Assembly: GCA_017654855.1 (NCBI GenBank)
Contig: CM030332.1
Location: 3,286,001-3,350,000 of the forward strand
Source of the DNA: Podospora anserina
Lineage: Eukaryota
Length of the DNA: 64,000 nucleotides
Reading direction: 5' to 3'
In this document: positions 22,306-33,338 of the stretch, in pieces
Layout: each line of letters begins with the position of its first letter
Position numbering within the stretch: the stretch's first letter is position 1
Notes under the pieces: model-generated
What the model was told of the DNA's origin: nothing
Seen by the model: only the letters and a program-made list of their open reading frames with translations
The model's database searches: none
Translations under genes and position numbers: made by a program

Positions 22306-25300
22306 ATGGCAGCAGCTTCAGAAGTAAGAGGAGCAAACAAGAGACGGGTCCGTCGACGCAGACAGGACAAGCCAGCGCTGGCGGCGCGTTTGGTGCTTGA
22401 TGACCATGTCAAGAGTGATGTGGGCATTGTGTCGGAGGACTTGTACGCAGAGTTGTTTCCGCATTTGCAGCATGGTTGGTCTCCTGTCTTTTCTATACTG
22501 ACTTGTCAAGCTGTTGATCCAGTGCTAACATTATCTTTTGCTACCACAAAGCCCACGAAGACGAAGACCACCACCCCCCTTTCGTCCACGTCGCCATCGC
22601 CCCCTGGGCACCAACCCCCACCCCCGAAGCCATCAACTGGTCAATCGTCCCCGTCACAAAATCCTCGGCCCTCGCCCCAAACACGGTCCAGTTTGCCCCC
22701 TCGTCCCTCGCCCTCCAGTCCTTCGCCATCAACCTCAAGCAAGTCGCGCCCTCGCGCCTGTCCAGCCACAGCAGCAGAAGCGGCATTGAGGTTTTGGTTC
22801 TAGACGTCACCGCGATCGCCCTCGACACCGTGTTCGTCAGCCTAGAAGGGGAACTAGCCAACCGACTGGAGAACGGCGAGGGCACCTTCTTCAGAGACCA
22901 CCGCCCCTCCAAGGGCAAGGTCACCTCCTCCGCGGGCGGCGCAACCCCCACCCCCGAGGACCGTCTCACGGCTGCGTTGCGCACGGCGCTTGATACGCTA
23001 AAGGTGGTTCACACGGGGGATATGTTCCCGCTGCCACTCCCCCCTCACCCCGTCACCCACATCCCGCCCAACCCCGGCAGGATTGCACTGTGCGAGCCCG
23101 TCGGTCAGGGGATTCTCGCGCCTAGTACCAAGATTATTGTCTCGCGCGGGAGGATTCACTCCAAGCACAACCGCTCGTCCGCTCCACCGATGCCGAGCAC
23201 CCGGATCGGTGGCGTGACCGAGGAGGATGAGGATACGTCCAATGATCAGTTTTACTCGGCAGCTGAGGAGGGCGCTCGCACAGATGCCCGGGTGGAGGAG
23301 GACGGGGATACCGAAACCGAAGTGGAAGAAGCCGAGGACGAAGAGGAAGATGCATTGTCAGACGACTCGATGGACGAGATGATCTCCCTCCAGGCTCCCA
23401 GCCTGACCTCTGCCATCACAAGCGGCATCGGCACGCCCACCACCATTGGGGGTCGAGGCCGCAAGACCAACGGCATGAGCAGCGCTGTGTCTGTCTTTTC
23501 CAGCTTCACCGCCGCAACCGCCCGACCCGACCGTCCCCGCGGTAGGCTGTTCAAAGCTCACGGTCTGGTCCAGCCTGTGCCTCCTGAGGTCCTGCATCCG
23601 AAACCTGCTCCCGAAGATGATGAAGAAGCGCGGATCTACGTCGACGTGAGGGATCTTCCCCGGATTGGGTGTTTTTCGGGGGATTGGGTCAGGGTTGAGG
23701 CGGCGCAGGAGCCGCCGTCGAACGGGTTTGGGCAGTTTGGGCTGGGGAGCTTTGTTGACGCCAGCCCTGATGAAATCCAGTGGAGACCGGCGAGGGTGTA
23801 TGGGTTGCCGGAGGGGTATTCGTCCAGGCCTGTGGCACGAGTGCCGAGCTCGAAACAGGAGGGGAGGAGGATGTCGTTTTTCGAGAGCCAGGTTCAGAAG
23901 GGGGGGGGCGGGACGGGGCCGGGGGTGTATGCCTCGCCTATATTTCTGGCGAACCTGGAGGGGCCGGCTTATTTGAGGGTGGCGCCCATTCAAAGGGGTG
24001 GGGGAGGGCGTGCGGGGATCAAGGGGAAGAAGACAACGCAAGGGGTGGCGGCGGTGCTTCAGCCGCCGGCGGCGAGGGAGGTGATTTTGCAGCATGTCAG
24101 GACGCCGGTGGCGGTGGAGAGGGATGTGCAGACTGCCGTGATGGCGGGGCTGAAGTTTTGGTTTGAGAGGAGGTTGAGGGTGGTGAAGGGGGGGGATCTG
24201 ATTGCTGTGCCGATTGATACGCAGCTTGGGAGGACGCTGCAGGAGGGGACGATGACGGGTGGTGGGGAAGGGGAAAGTGCGGTCGATGACGTGCTGGGGC
24301 TGATTGCCTCGAGGAGGACAGACCACCACAGCCTCAAGTATGACGAGGTGGCGTGGTTTAGGGTTGGGCATGTGTCGGCTGCGAAGCAGGAAGTTGGTGC
24401 GGAGACGATGGGGGAGGAGGAGGAGGAGGGGGAGGAGGAGGATCCCTGGGGGGGGGTGGCTTGTGTGGATATCTCGCTGGCGCATTTGGAGCAGACGGGG
24501 TCGACGACGAGTCGGATTCCGGGGATTGTGGGTAGTACTTGGAGGTATTATCTTGGAATTGATAAGTTGCCCAGACAGCCGTCCTCTCACGCCGGCAGCC
24601 CGTTGGTGATTGCGCCGGAGAGGACGGCGGCTGTCTCCCCTCTGAGGAGGAAACTGAGGGAGTTGATGGCTGCTGCTACTAGCAAGCCGGCGCTTCATCT
24701 CAAGATGCCACCCGTGGCTATCCTTCTTGTCTCTACCCAGCGCGCCATCGGGAAAGCCTTCACCGCGTCGCAAGCCTGCGCCGATATTGGGCTGCACACC
24801 TTTGCCGTTGACGCCTACGACATCGTCAACGACTCCGGCGCTGGCGGGAGCGACGTCAAGACTGCTGGGTTTCTGACATCGAGGGCGGAAAGAGCGATGA
24901 GCTGCGGCCCGGATTGCTGCGCGCTGCTGGTTAGGCATATTGAAGCTCTGACGGCGGACAGGATGGTGACCAGCATCAGGGAGGTGCTTCAAGATGCGAG
25001 GGTGCTGATCGCCACCACGACCGAGGTGGAGAAGGTGCCTGATGGGATTAGGGCGCTGTTTACGCACGAGCTGGAGATGACTGCGCCCGACGAGGGAGAG
25101 AGGGAGGCGATTCTCAGGACTATTCTGGACAACCAGGGTGTTGCTCTCGACCCCGAGGTTGAGCTCGGCGGGATAGCGCTCAAGACTGCTGCGCTGGTGG
25201 CGGGGGATTTGGTTGATGTTGTCGAGCGAGCCCTGGTTGCCCAGAAGGCGAGGCTGGAGGCCTTGTCGGCAAAGGCGTCCAAGAACGAGGGCGTGCCTGT

Positions 25301-26704
25301 CACGGTCCGGGACGTAAAAGTAGCTGGTGGGCCGGCGGCGCAGGGGCTGACAAAGTCTGACTTTGAGGTTGCGGTCGAGGCGGCACGGAAGAACTTTGCG
25401 GATGCGATTGGGGCGCCCAAGATCCCGAATGTGACTTGGGATGATGTGGGCGGGTTGAATAATGTGAAGGAGGCGGTGACGGAGACGATCCAGCTGCCGC
25501 TGGAGAGGCCGGAGCTGTTCGCCAAGGGGATGAAGAAGAGGTCTGGCATCTTGTTTTATGGTCCGCCTGGAACGGGCAAGACGCTGCTTGCAAAGGCGAT
25601 TGCGACGGAGTACAGTTTGAATTTCTTCAGTGTCAAGGGGCCCGAGCTGTTGAACATGTATATCGGTGAGAGCGAGGCTAATGTCCGGAGGGTGTTTCAG
25701 CGGGCGAGGGACGCGAGGCCGTGTGTGGTTTTCTTTGACGAGTTGGACTCGGTGGCGCCGAAGAGGGGGAACCAGGGAGATAGCGGTGGTGTGATGGATC
25801 GGATTGTCAGTCAGTTGCTGGCGGAGCTGGACGGGATGAGCGGGGGGGATGAGGATGCGGGGGGGGTGTTTGTGGTGGGAGCGACGAACAGGCCGGATTT
25901 GCTGGACCAGGCGCTGTTGCGGCCGGGGAGGTTTGACAAGATGCTTTACTTGGGGGTGTCGGATACGCATGAGAAGCAGATGAAGATTATGGAGGCGCTG
26001 ACGAGGAAGTATGTATTCCCCACCTTCACCTACCCGATAATGGTTGCTAACGACGATGTGAAAGATTCACCCTCCACCCCTCAGTCTCCCTCCGCAACGT
26101 CGCCGAGCGGTTGCCGTTCACTTACACCGGCGCCGACTTTTACGCCCTCTGCTCAGACGCCATGCTCAAGGCTGTAACAAGACAGGCTGCCCTCGTTGAT
26201 AAGAAGGTCAAGGCTATCAACACGGAACGTCAAGCGCAGAATCAACCTGAGATCACCACCGCTTACTTCTTTGACCACTTCGCCACGAAAGAAGACGTTG
26301 CGGTCATGGTGACGGAGCAAGACTTCCTTGACGCGCACAGTGAGCTTATTCCCAGCGTCAGTGCTGGGGAGCTGGAACATTACGAAAAGGTCAGGGCTAC
26401 GTTTGAGGGGGTGAAGGACAAGAAGGAGACGACGACGCAGCAGCAGCAGCAGCAAAACGGGAGGTTGGCTGTGGGGAAGAGGAGTGCCAGTGATCGGAGT
26501 GTGGTTGTGCATAGGGGTAAGGGGAAAGGAAAGGGCAAGGCGGTGGCGACGGGGAGTGAGGAGGATGAGTGTGATGATGGGGAGGGTGTGAATGGTGGTG
26601 GGTATAGGGATAAGGGGAAGGGGAAGGCGGTTGATGTTGGTGGTGGGAGTGGTGCGCCGTTTTGGGGGCAGGGGCAGGATGATGACGAGGGGTTGTATGA
26701 CTGA
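22306..26704 (+). CDS. PEX6: Peroxisome biogenesis AAA ATPase Pex6 (3 exons)
   Basis: GAPKIPNVTWDDVGG, GILFYGPPGTGKT, VKGPELLNMYIGESE, FFDELDS, GDSGGVMDRIVSQLLAELD, LLRPGRFD and YTGADFYALCSDA. Introns 22475-22551 and 26009-26064. Confidence 0.95.
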
Positions 26705-27017
26705 TATGAGGAGATATTTTGTTTATATTGTACAGAAGGGGTTATAAATGGGAAATAATACATGTTTTATGATTATTATTTTTCGACTGTGAAATGAAAA
26801 TCACATGTGATATTTATAGCGACTGTCTCCTCACCAACATGAACTGAAAAGCATCTGACATTGAAAAGTAAACCATATACACCATACAGGCAGGCCTTCC
26901 TTGCTACAGCACATATCAAATCACCTAGTTAAACCGAAACTATCAAACACCAACCTCACCTCCGAAGAACCCAAACTCCCAACACATTATCAACCCACGA
27001 ATCAAACATGTCCGTAT

Positions 27018-28027
27018 TTACTTCTTCTCCTCTGGCTTCTTGTCATTTTCAATACTCTCCTCCTCCTCCTCCTCCTCCTCCTCCTCCTCCTCACTGCTCT
27101 CCTCCTTAATCGCCTCGGCCTTCTCCACCGCCTCAATCTCCTCCTTGCTCACCCTCTCAATCGGGCTCCCATGCAAGTTCGTCACGGGCGGGTCCACGTC
27201 CTTGGGCAGACTCCCCTTCCAGCTCGTGGTCGTAGGGCTCTGAATCGTGGTCTCAATCGTTTTATCGCCAGAGCTCTTCCACCCCGTGCTCGTCGGGCTC
27301 TGCAATCCCGCTGGAGTCTCCTCTTTTTTGCTTTCCTTCGCCTCGTTCTCCTGCACCTTTGCACTAGCAGCAGCAGCCTTGCTCCTTAACGCATCCAGCT
27401 GATTCTTTTTCGCTTTTTGCGCAGCTTCTTCGACGATGGAGCGGATTGGCAACGAGGCAGGATGTTGCGGCGCGGGAGTGGTGGCCTTGACCGGGTTCTG
27501 AGGAGCCACCGGTGGAAGGGCAGGTTTGGAGGTGGTGACTGGTTTTTGGACGATGGGGGGAGGGGCGGCGGATTTGGAGGGGATGGTGAAGTCGTCGTAG
27601 TAGATTTGGACGTGTTGTTTGAGTTCGCCGTATTCGTTCCATTCTTCGATTTCTACTAGGTCCTACACACGGGGGTTAGGTGGGGGTGGTGAGGGTGTGG
27701 TATGGGAATAGGGGGGGGCAGAAGGGGGGGACGAACGCCGAGGACGAGGCCTTCTTGGACTAGGCCGGGGATCTTTCTCTGGCGGCCCGAGGCGTCTTTG
27801 CCTGCGCGGCGGCCCCAGAGCATGCGCGCTTTCTCGTCGACGGCGATGTCGATTGCTTTGAAGGGGACGCGGTTGGCGCGGAGGATGGTCTCGAGGCGGG
27901 AAGTGGCGGTGACGATGTGGGAGGAGCCGGCTGTGAGGGACGTGTAGATGTAGAGGGCGGGATCGGTTGAGTAGGTCTGCGGTGCTGCCGGCGCCGCCGT
28001 GGCCGGGGCGCTGCTTTCGGAGGCCAT
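27018..28027 (-). CDS. SH3BGR/glutaredoxin-like (thioredoxin fold, no CxxC) protein with low-complexity acidic tail (2 exons)
   Basis: LYIYTSLTAGSSHIVTATSRLETILRANRVPF..DIA.DEKARMLW..KIPGLV, joined through intron 27663-27736 to DLVEIEEWNEYGELKQ and then the 27018 ORF. Confidence 0.8.
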
Positions 28028-28958
28028 GATGGGGGTTGTTTGTGGTGGTGTTGTTTTGTTTCGCTACGACACCGAGCAACAAGGGGGGGAAGCTTCTTTG
28101 TTGGTTGGGTGATGTTGTTGTTTATAACAGGTATGGGGAGATGATGCAATTAGACCAACTCTCGGTTGTCGCGGCCCCAGGCACAAGGGGGAAGGGGGTT
28201 CGATCGGGTCGGGGGGTGTCGTGTTGATCGAAGGGCTCCTGAGCTGCTGCGGGGTACACGCGAAAGTGGAGGAGGGGTAAGATGACGGTCTGTCGTCAAC
28301 GTCAACGAAACTGCCCGTATAAAGACTCTCAACTGATGAGGGTTGTTTCCTTTGGGTTGCAAAGGTGAACCCACTTAAAGAAGAGAAATGTCAAAGAATG
28401 AAGAGCTCAAACACCCCAGAGTTGTCACAACAGATGGGATGAAACGAGGGGTCCAACGGAAACCCCGCGATAGGACGGCATGCCTCACTCGGGGTCTCGG
28501 GCCACATCGAGATTGATTGTTTCCTTTGGCTGCCGTTTGCATCTCATGGGCCATCGCGAAAACCTCTGGATGATCTCTCAGAACGCTGTTCTTTGATGCA
28601 ACCGGGACAGAGGAACTCCCACTGGCAAACAAGCCCACAGCTCAGCTTATATCCGAGACCAAGACTGTGGCCTTCTCATCATCAACTGGTCTAATAAGCT
28701 CTTGTGATGCTTGTGGGTGACGATGGCTGCATAGCGGGTAGTTAGTCCATCCCAAGACAACGAATTGCCGCAGGGCCTCAAAGAAGCTGAATGCCTCGAC
28801 AGATTCAGCTGCATGCCGGCCCTTGCCAGAACCGGCCTTTCTCTGGTGATGATGGAGCTATATAGATTGTCAGTGTGGATGTGAGTGGTGAGATGGAGTG
28901 GGAGACATCTGACAAAGTCTACATGCCATCTCCAGTCGATTTCTTCTCGAATTTCACA

Positions 28959-29567
28959 ATGTGTTTGATCGGCCTCTTGATTCCTGTACTCGGCCCTAGA
29001 AAGAGATCACCAAAGCACAAGCGCAAGCCCGAAAGAAGACAGCATCAAATATATGACGATCTCGAAAAGTCATCACCGCCATATCAAGACACCAACGTGT
29101 ACAGAGACCTAGCTCCAGCGGCTGACCACACCGAGCCACGAGTATATGCAACACTCGAAGAAGACTTTCTGGCATGTGAGCAAATCCGACACAAGGAACG
29201 TGTACGACTGCTTGGTGAAATCGAAAGGGAGATGGACAGGCTGGAGAGAGAATATGACCGGCGACAGCTATTCGAACCTAGTCTTCTTCCACTTGCAAAT
29301 TCCTCTACGACAGCAGAACAAAAAGTGCTGGTTGAACAAGACAGGCGGGTGACCAGCAACGATGCCTCGTACTACCAGGACACTCCCACCTGCCACTGCT
29401 ATGTCTGTCACAACCTTCGCCGATACAGCAGACAAGAGCCAACAGCATCTGAGTCTGGACGTCATTTGACCGGCGGGGTGGAGGCAAAGCCCGGAGGCCG
29501 GAACCGGACCATCGGATGCGGAGGGTTCGTGGATCTTCCCGGCCTCGAGAGCAGCCTTCTTCCCTGA
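28959..29567 (+). CDS. Hypothetical orphan protein (about 202 aa)
   Basis: Open frame with ATG in CACAATG context, a coiled-coil-like charged stretch and CHCYVC. No family recognised. Confidence 0.45.
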   Translation: MCLIGLLIPVLGPRKRSPKHKRKPERRQHQIYDDLEKSSPPYQDTNVYRDLAPAADHTEPRVYATLEEDFLACEQIRHKERVRLLGEIEREMDRLEREYDRRQLFEPSLLPLANSSTTAEQKVLVEQDRRVTSNDASYYQDTPTCHCYVCHNLRRYSRQEPTASESGRHLTGGVEAKPGGRNRTIGCGGFVDLPGLESSLLP

Positions 29568-30398
29568 CAGCTGGAGTTCGGATGGGATAAAGTTCGGGTG
29601 GTTCTTTGTTGTGCTCCGGCTGGTTGTCGGGGAAGGGATTCCCGCTGTGTATCAGGAAGCCCTTGCTACGGATTTCTTGGGACGGGCTCAGAGTCAGGGT
29701 CTGGCTGGCTGGATTCGGGAGAAATTGGAAAGGCATTTCAGCTTATAACCCCTCATGATAGCTTCGTTTCTGCTCATTGTTATCAACAAGACCCATGTCA
29801 TCTCCTTCCTGATTCTGGAGTCTTGACCCCAGATCTCGGTGGACCAGCATTTTAAACGGAGATTGAAAGGGGGGGTTCTTGAGCAAGTGGTTGCCCGTGG
29901 GCCCGTGGGTGTCCCCTGTTGGAGTTCCACCAGCGAAATAACCTTCTGCCAAGACCCATCGCGGCTCGAACTCCCCATTTCCCATCTTCAATCAAGCCAC
30001 TTAATTTGACGCTGGGTTTCAGGCCCATGACGTTGAGGTCTTTTCTGCGTCTTTTCCATGCGGGGAACCCGACTCAAGAAGATTCTCGACTGCATGTCGT
30101 GATTCTGGAAGCGGTGGTGAGATGAAGACGATGCGGGAATCCGTTTATACGACAGCAACAAACTCCAATAAAGCATGCTGTGCGCGCCCGCAATCTGCCC
30201 TGGTGGTCGCACAACTGCCGGTGAGAATGGTGATCAGCTAACGGCCAGCGACCAGCCGAAAGGCCTGTTGGGCGTCTTCTATTTATTATTCGGCGTTTCT
30301 CTCGGCTGCCTGTGGCGGTGTCGACGCCCTCTCATGCTCTCGGAATAGTATGGCGCAACATCTCGATACGAGTGATGTCAGGCTGACAGACTGTGAGC

Positions 30399-30464
30399 AA
30401 TATTGTAAAAATATTGTAAAAATCTTGTAAAAATCTTGTAAAAATATTGTAAAAATATTGTAAA
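30399..30464. repeat. AT-rich 11-bp minisatellite (AAT[A/C]TTGTAAA)x6
   Basis: Units occur in the order A,A,C,C,A,A. Confidence 0.9.
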
Positions 30465-31087
30465 AATATAAAAACCAAAAAAAAATCTGCAGTTTTCCTG
30501 CATGTTGAAAGCGACGTGGCAAGACGTGGAGAAAGGGAATCATGATCTGAGTGAGTTGTTGATCGTCGGGCCAAGCCGTCGACCGTTCTCTTGGGCAGGG
30601 AATGGTAACGCTGCCAAGCGGGAGGTCCACCTCGTCCAAACTGGTTGGCTGCCGTTGAACTCCCCCTGTCTGTTCCTGCATATGGGATGGCACCCAGCCA
30701 ATGACATCCCCCCGCTTGGGCTCTGCAAGGTACGCGGCAACCCGTCCGACCAGGTGTGGCAATCACAAAGGCCGCCCCCCCCAAGTCGGTAGCCCCCAGA
30801 AATCTCTGCGACACTTCGGGGGGCACGGGGGGTCTCTAAAAGGGAGCAATCCCACGCCGTTCCATGCTCCGCGTCCCCCTTCCCCTTCTGTTTCCTCTCA
30901 CCAGCCATCCCAGCTAGCCATCACGCTCTTTTCTGCTTTGCCATTCGGCATCAGCCTTACACTCTTTTTAAAACACTTTTAACATCATCATTCGGCTTCC
31001 TGGCTCGACTTATTCTTCACCCAACCAAATACAAGTTTACAACTTTGACACGCGTCACTTTTACAAACACCCAACCAAATATTCAAA

Positions 31088-31534
31088 ATGCAGTTCAAGA
31101 GCTTCTTCACCGTCCTGGCCGCCGGCCTCACCATGATGGTCGCCGCCGAGGAGGACATCACCACCACCGAGACCTCGACCCTCACCCAGACGCAAACCGT
31201 CACCATCACGCAGTGCAACCCAACCATCTCCAACTGCCCCGGCCACACCACCACCTCTGTCGAGACCTCCACCTCCACCCTCACCACCTGGACCTTCCCC
31301 CTCTCCAACTCCACCATCTCGGTCGGTCCCACCGCCACCTCCAAGTTCAGCATCATCACCTCCCGCCCGGTCGTCACCGAGACCTCCATCGTTGAGGTGC
31401 CCGAGGAGCCAACAGGCACCACCCCCGCTCCGGCCGAGTCCAGCGTCGTCGAGGGCGCCGCCGCCGGCCTCGCCGCCTCGCACGCTACCGTCCTCCTCGG
31501 TGTTCTCGGTGCCGGTATTGCTCTCCTCGCTTAA
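31088..31534 (+). CDS. Small GPI-anchored Ser/Thr-rich cell-wall protein
   Basis: Signal peptide MQFKSFFTVLAAGLTMMVAA, TVTITQCNPTISNCP motif, Thr-rich body, hydrophobic GPI signal (GAAAGLA..VLLGVLGAGIALLA), and strong C-ending codon bias. Confidence 0.9.
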   Translation: MQFKSFFTVLAAGLTMMVAAEEDITTTETSTLTQTQTVTITQCNPTISNCPGHTTTSVETSTSTLTTWTFPLSNSTISVGPTATSKFSIITSRPVVTETSIVEVPEEPTGTTPAPAESSVVEGAAAGLAASHATVLLGVLGAGIALLA

Positions 31535-33212
31535 AGAAGCAAGACATTGTTTACATCTTGTCTTTTTTCTTTTGAAGCGTTCATGATTTTCTAGAGCCAT
31601 ATACCCACCCAAATATACCACCGATATTTTTTTTTAAAAAAAAAACAAACAAACAAACAAACCACACCTTCGTTGATTTGCTTCTTGTTTGCTATTTACA
31701 ACTTTGCTTCTATTCCCAACATATTTGTCAAATCTTCCACGGGGAAAGGGAAAGTTTGGAGAAATTTCACACTGGCGGATTTATTAAGATTTAACTTGGA
31801 GGGAGAAAGACTTCTTTTCTATGTGCTTGCTTGCTTGTTTTTTTTTTGATGAGATACCCTAAAGGGAATAGGGGAAAGGGGGAGGAGGCTACTGGTTGGC
31901 GAAGGGGTTGTTGTTTATTTGATGGTCGTCAAGTCAGAGAGTGAGGGAGGGAGGGAGGAAGGGGGGGAGTCAAAACGGGATTATTTTTATTCAGAAAACA
32001 TTTTACCTACTTGCTTTTGTATTTTGTGCATGCATCTGCACGTATACAAGAGATTACGACTATGAAATGAGACAAAAAACTGATAAAAACCCCTAACTTT
32101 TTTGGGCTTTTCCCGTGTTTGGGTGTCTGGTGCAGAAGATGATGTTGTGTTTGATTCGTTGTGGGTGGTAGTTTTGGAGTTGTTACATAGGTTTAATTAG
32201 GGTTTCCCTAGGAGATGGAAACACTACATAGGACTAGAAATTAGTTTCCGGTTGTGTTCGAGGCGCGGCGTGTGTGTCAACGGTTCAAGGCCTTGTTTGT
32301 GCTCATTCATGTAGTCTCGTCGTCTTTGGTGACTACAACAACTCAAGTCGAAACAAAACATCAAGCACGCTGTTATATTTTCTGTCTCTTAGGCATCTCG
32401 TTGGAACACTCTCCGTTACATCTCGATCCCCAATCCTGTACTTTATAGTATATGATTCTCATAGTCGTGACTGCCTGCCGTCTTGGGCTACCTCTTTATA
32501 CTTGAAGAAACCGAGTCACCACCAGTCATCATCATCGTCTGATGAGTCAGAGATATCCCCATCAGTGCTGCTCCCGGTCACCCCATCACGGCACCACAAT
32601 CACTCTCCTCGCAGTACTGGCACGCGGTTTCGGGTTTCTCGACGTGGTTGTTGCAGTTGCATGCTGGTTTGTGGTGATGACGGCAGGGATAGGAATGGGT
32701 ATTCATTGCTTTTGTTTTTCAAGCAGGTGGCAGATGGGTAGCGGCCAGGTTCCAGGTATGATCGAGGGACTTGAAAGACTTTTGAACTGCTGTGTAGGAG
32801 CGCTTGTGTAAGTTGAAGACTTTGAGGTCTATAAAGACATTTCGGCGGCCTTTCATTGTTGATAAACATATGGACCACTCGTCACAGGTGCCAGGAGCAG
32901 CTCATGTCTATAGGCACTTCTAAAGAGCAACAACTCAAGGAAAGAAAGAGTTATCAAAGGACAATAAGTTGATTCTCAAATCGAAATTCCCAGTTCCAAG
33001 ATATCCCTCTATAGCCTTGAGCACCAAAGTCTCTCGCCAATGACCTTCCACCTACACGCCGCTCCTGTATGCTGACAAAACGACAAATGCTCCAGATAGA
33101 CAACATGGCTGCTTTTAGAACGAGACACTCTGTTGAACATCCCCCAAATGTCCCCGAAACGGTGGCCCAACTGACCCATTCTTCAAGACCTGTTCAGACT
33201 CCTGAAATTGCC

Positions 33213-33338
33213 TCAAGTCTGCTGGCCATCGACGAATCCGCAGTGTCCATCCTGACAATGGTCGCAAAGTGCGATACCGGCAGTGACCATGGCGGTGCAC
33301 CCATGTTTAGTCTTGTGGTCGCACCATTTATTGGACAT
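33213..33338 (-). CDS. Candidate 41-aa Cys/His-rich micropeptide MSNKWCDHKTKHGCTAMVTAGIALCDHCQDGHCGFVDGQQT
   Basis: ORF is below the track cutoff. Upstream TATAAAA (33512-33506) and a 5'-UTR intron 33424-33362 (AAG|GTACCA..GCTAAT..GGCAG). Confidence 0.65.
   Translation of the reverse strand: MSNKWCDHKTKHGCTAMVTAGIALCDHCQDGHCGFVDGQQT

Noticed and set aside
23358-25970. 870-aa antisense ORF over PEX6 (also 5856-7469, 9338-10297, 12860-14587, 39881-41086, 62014-63024)
   Set aside because: Shadow ORFs produced by strong GC3 codon bias of the sense genes. They have low-complexity H/P/L/Q/V-rich translations with no recognisable motifs.
32500-32556. Hammerhead-like GAAA ... CTGATGA cores
   Set aside because: The required stems I-III do not base-pair.
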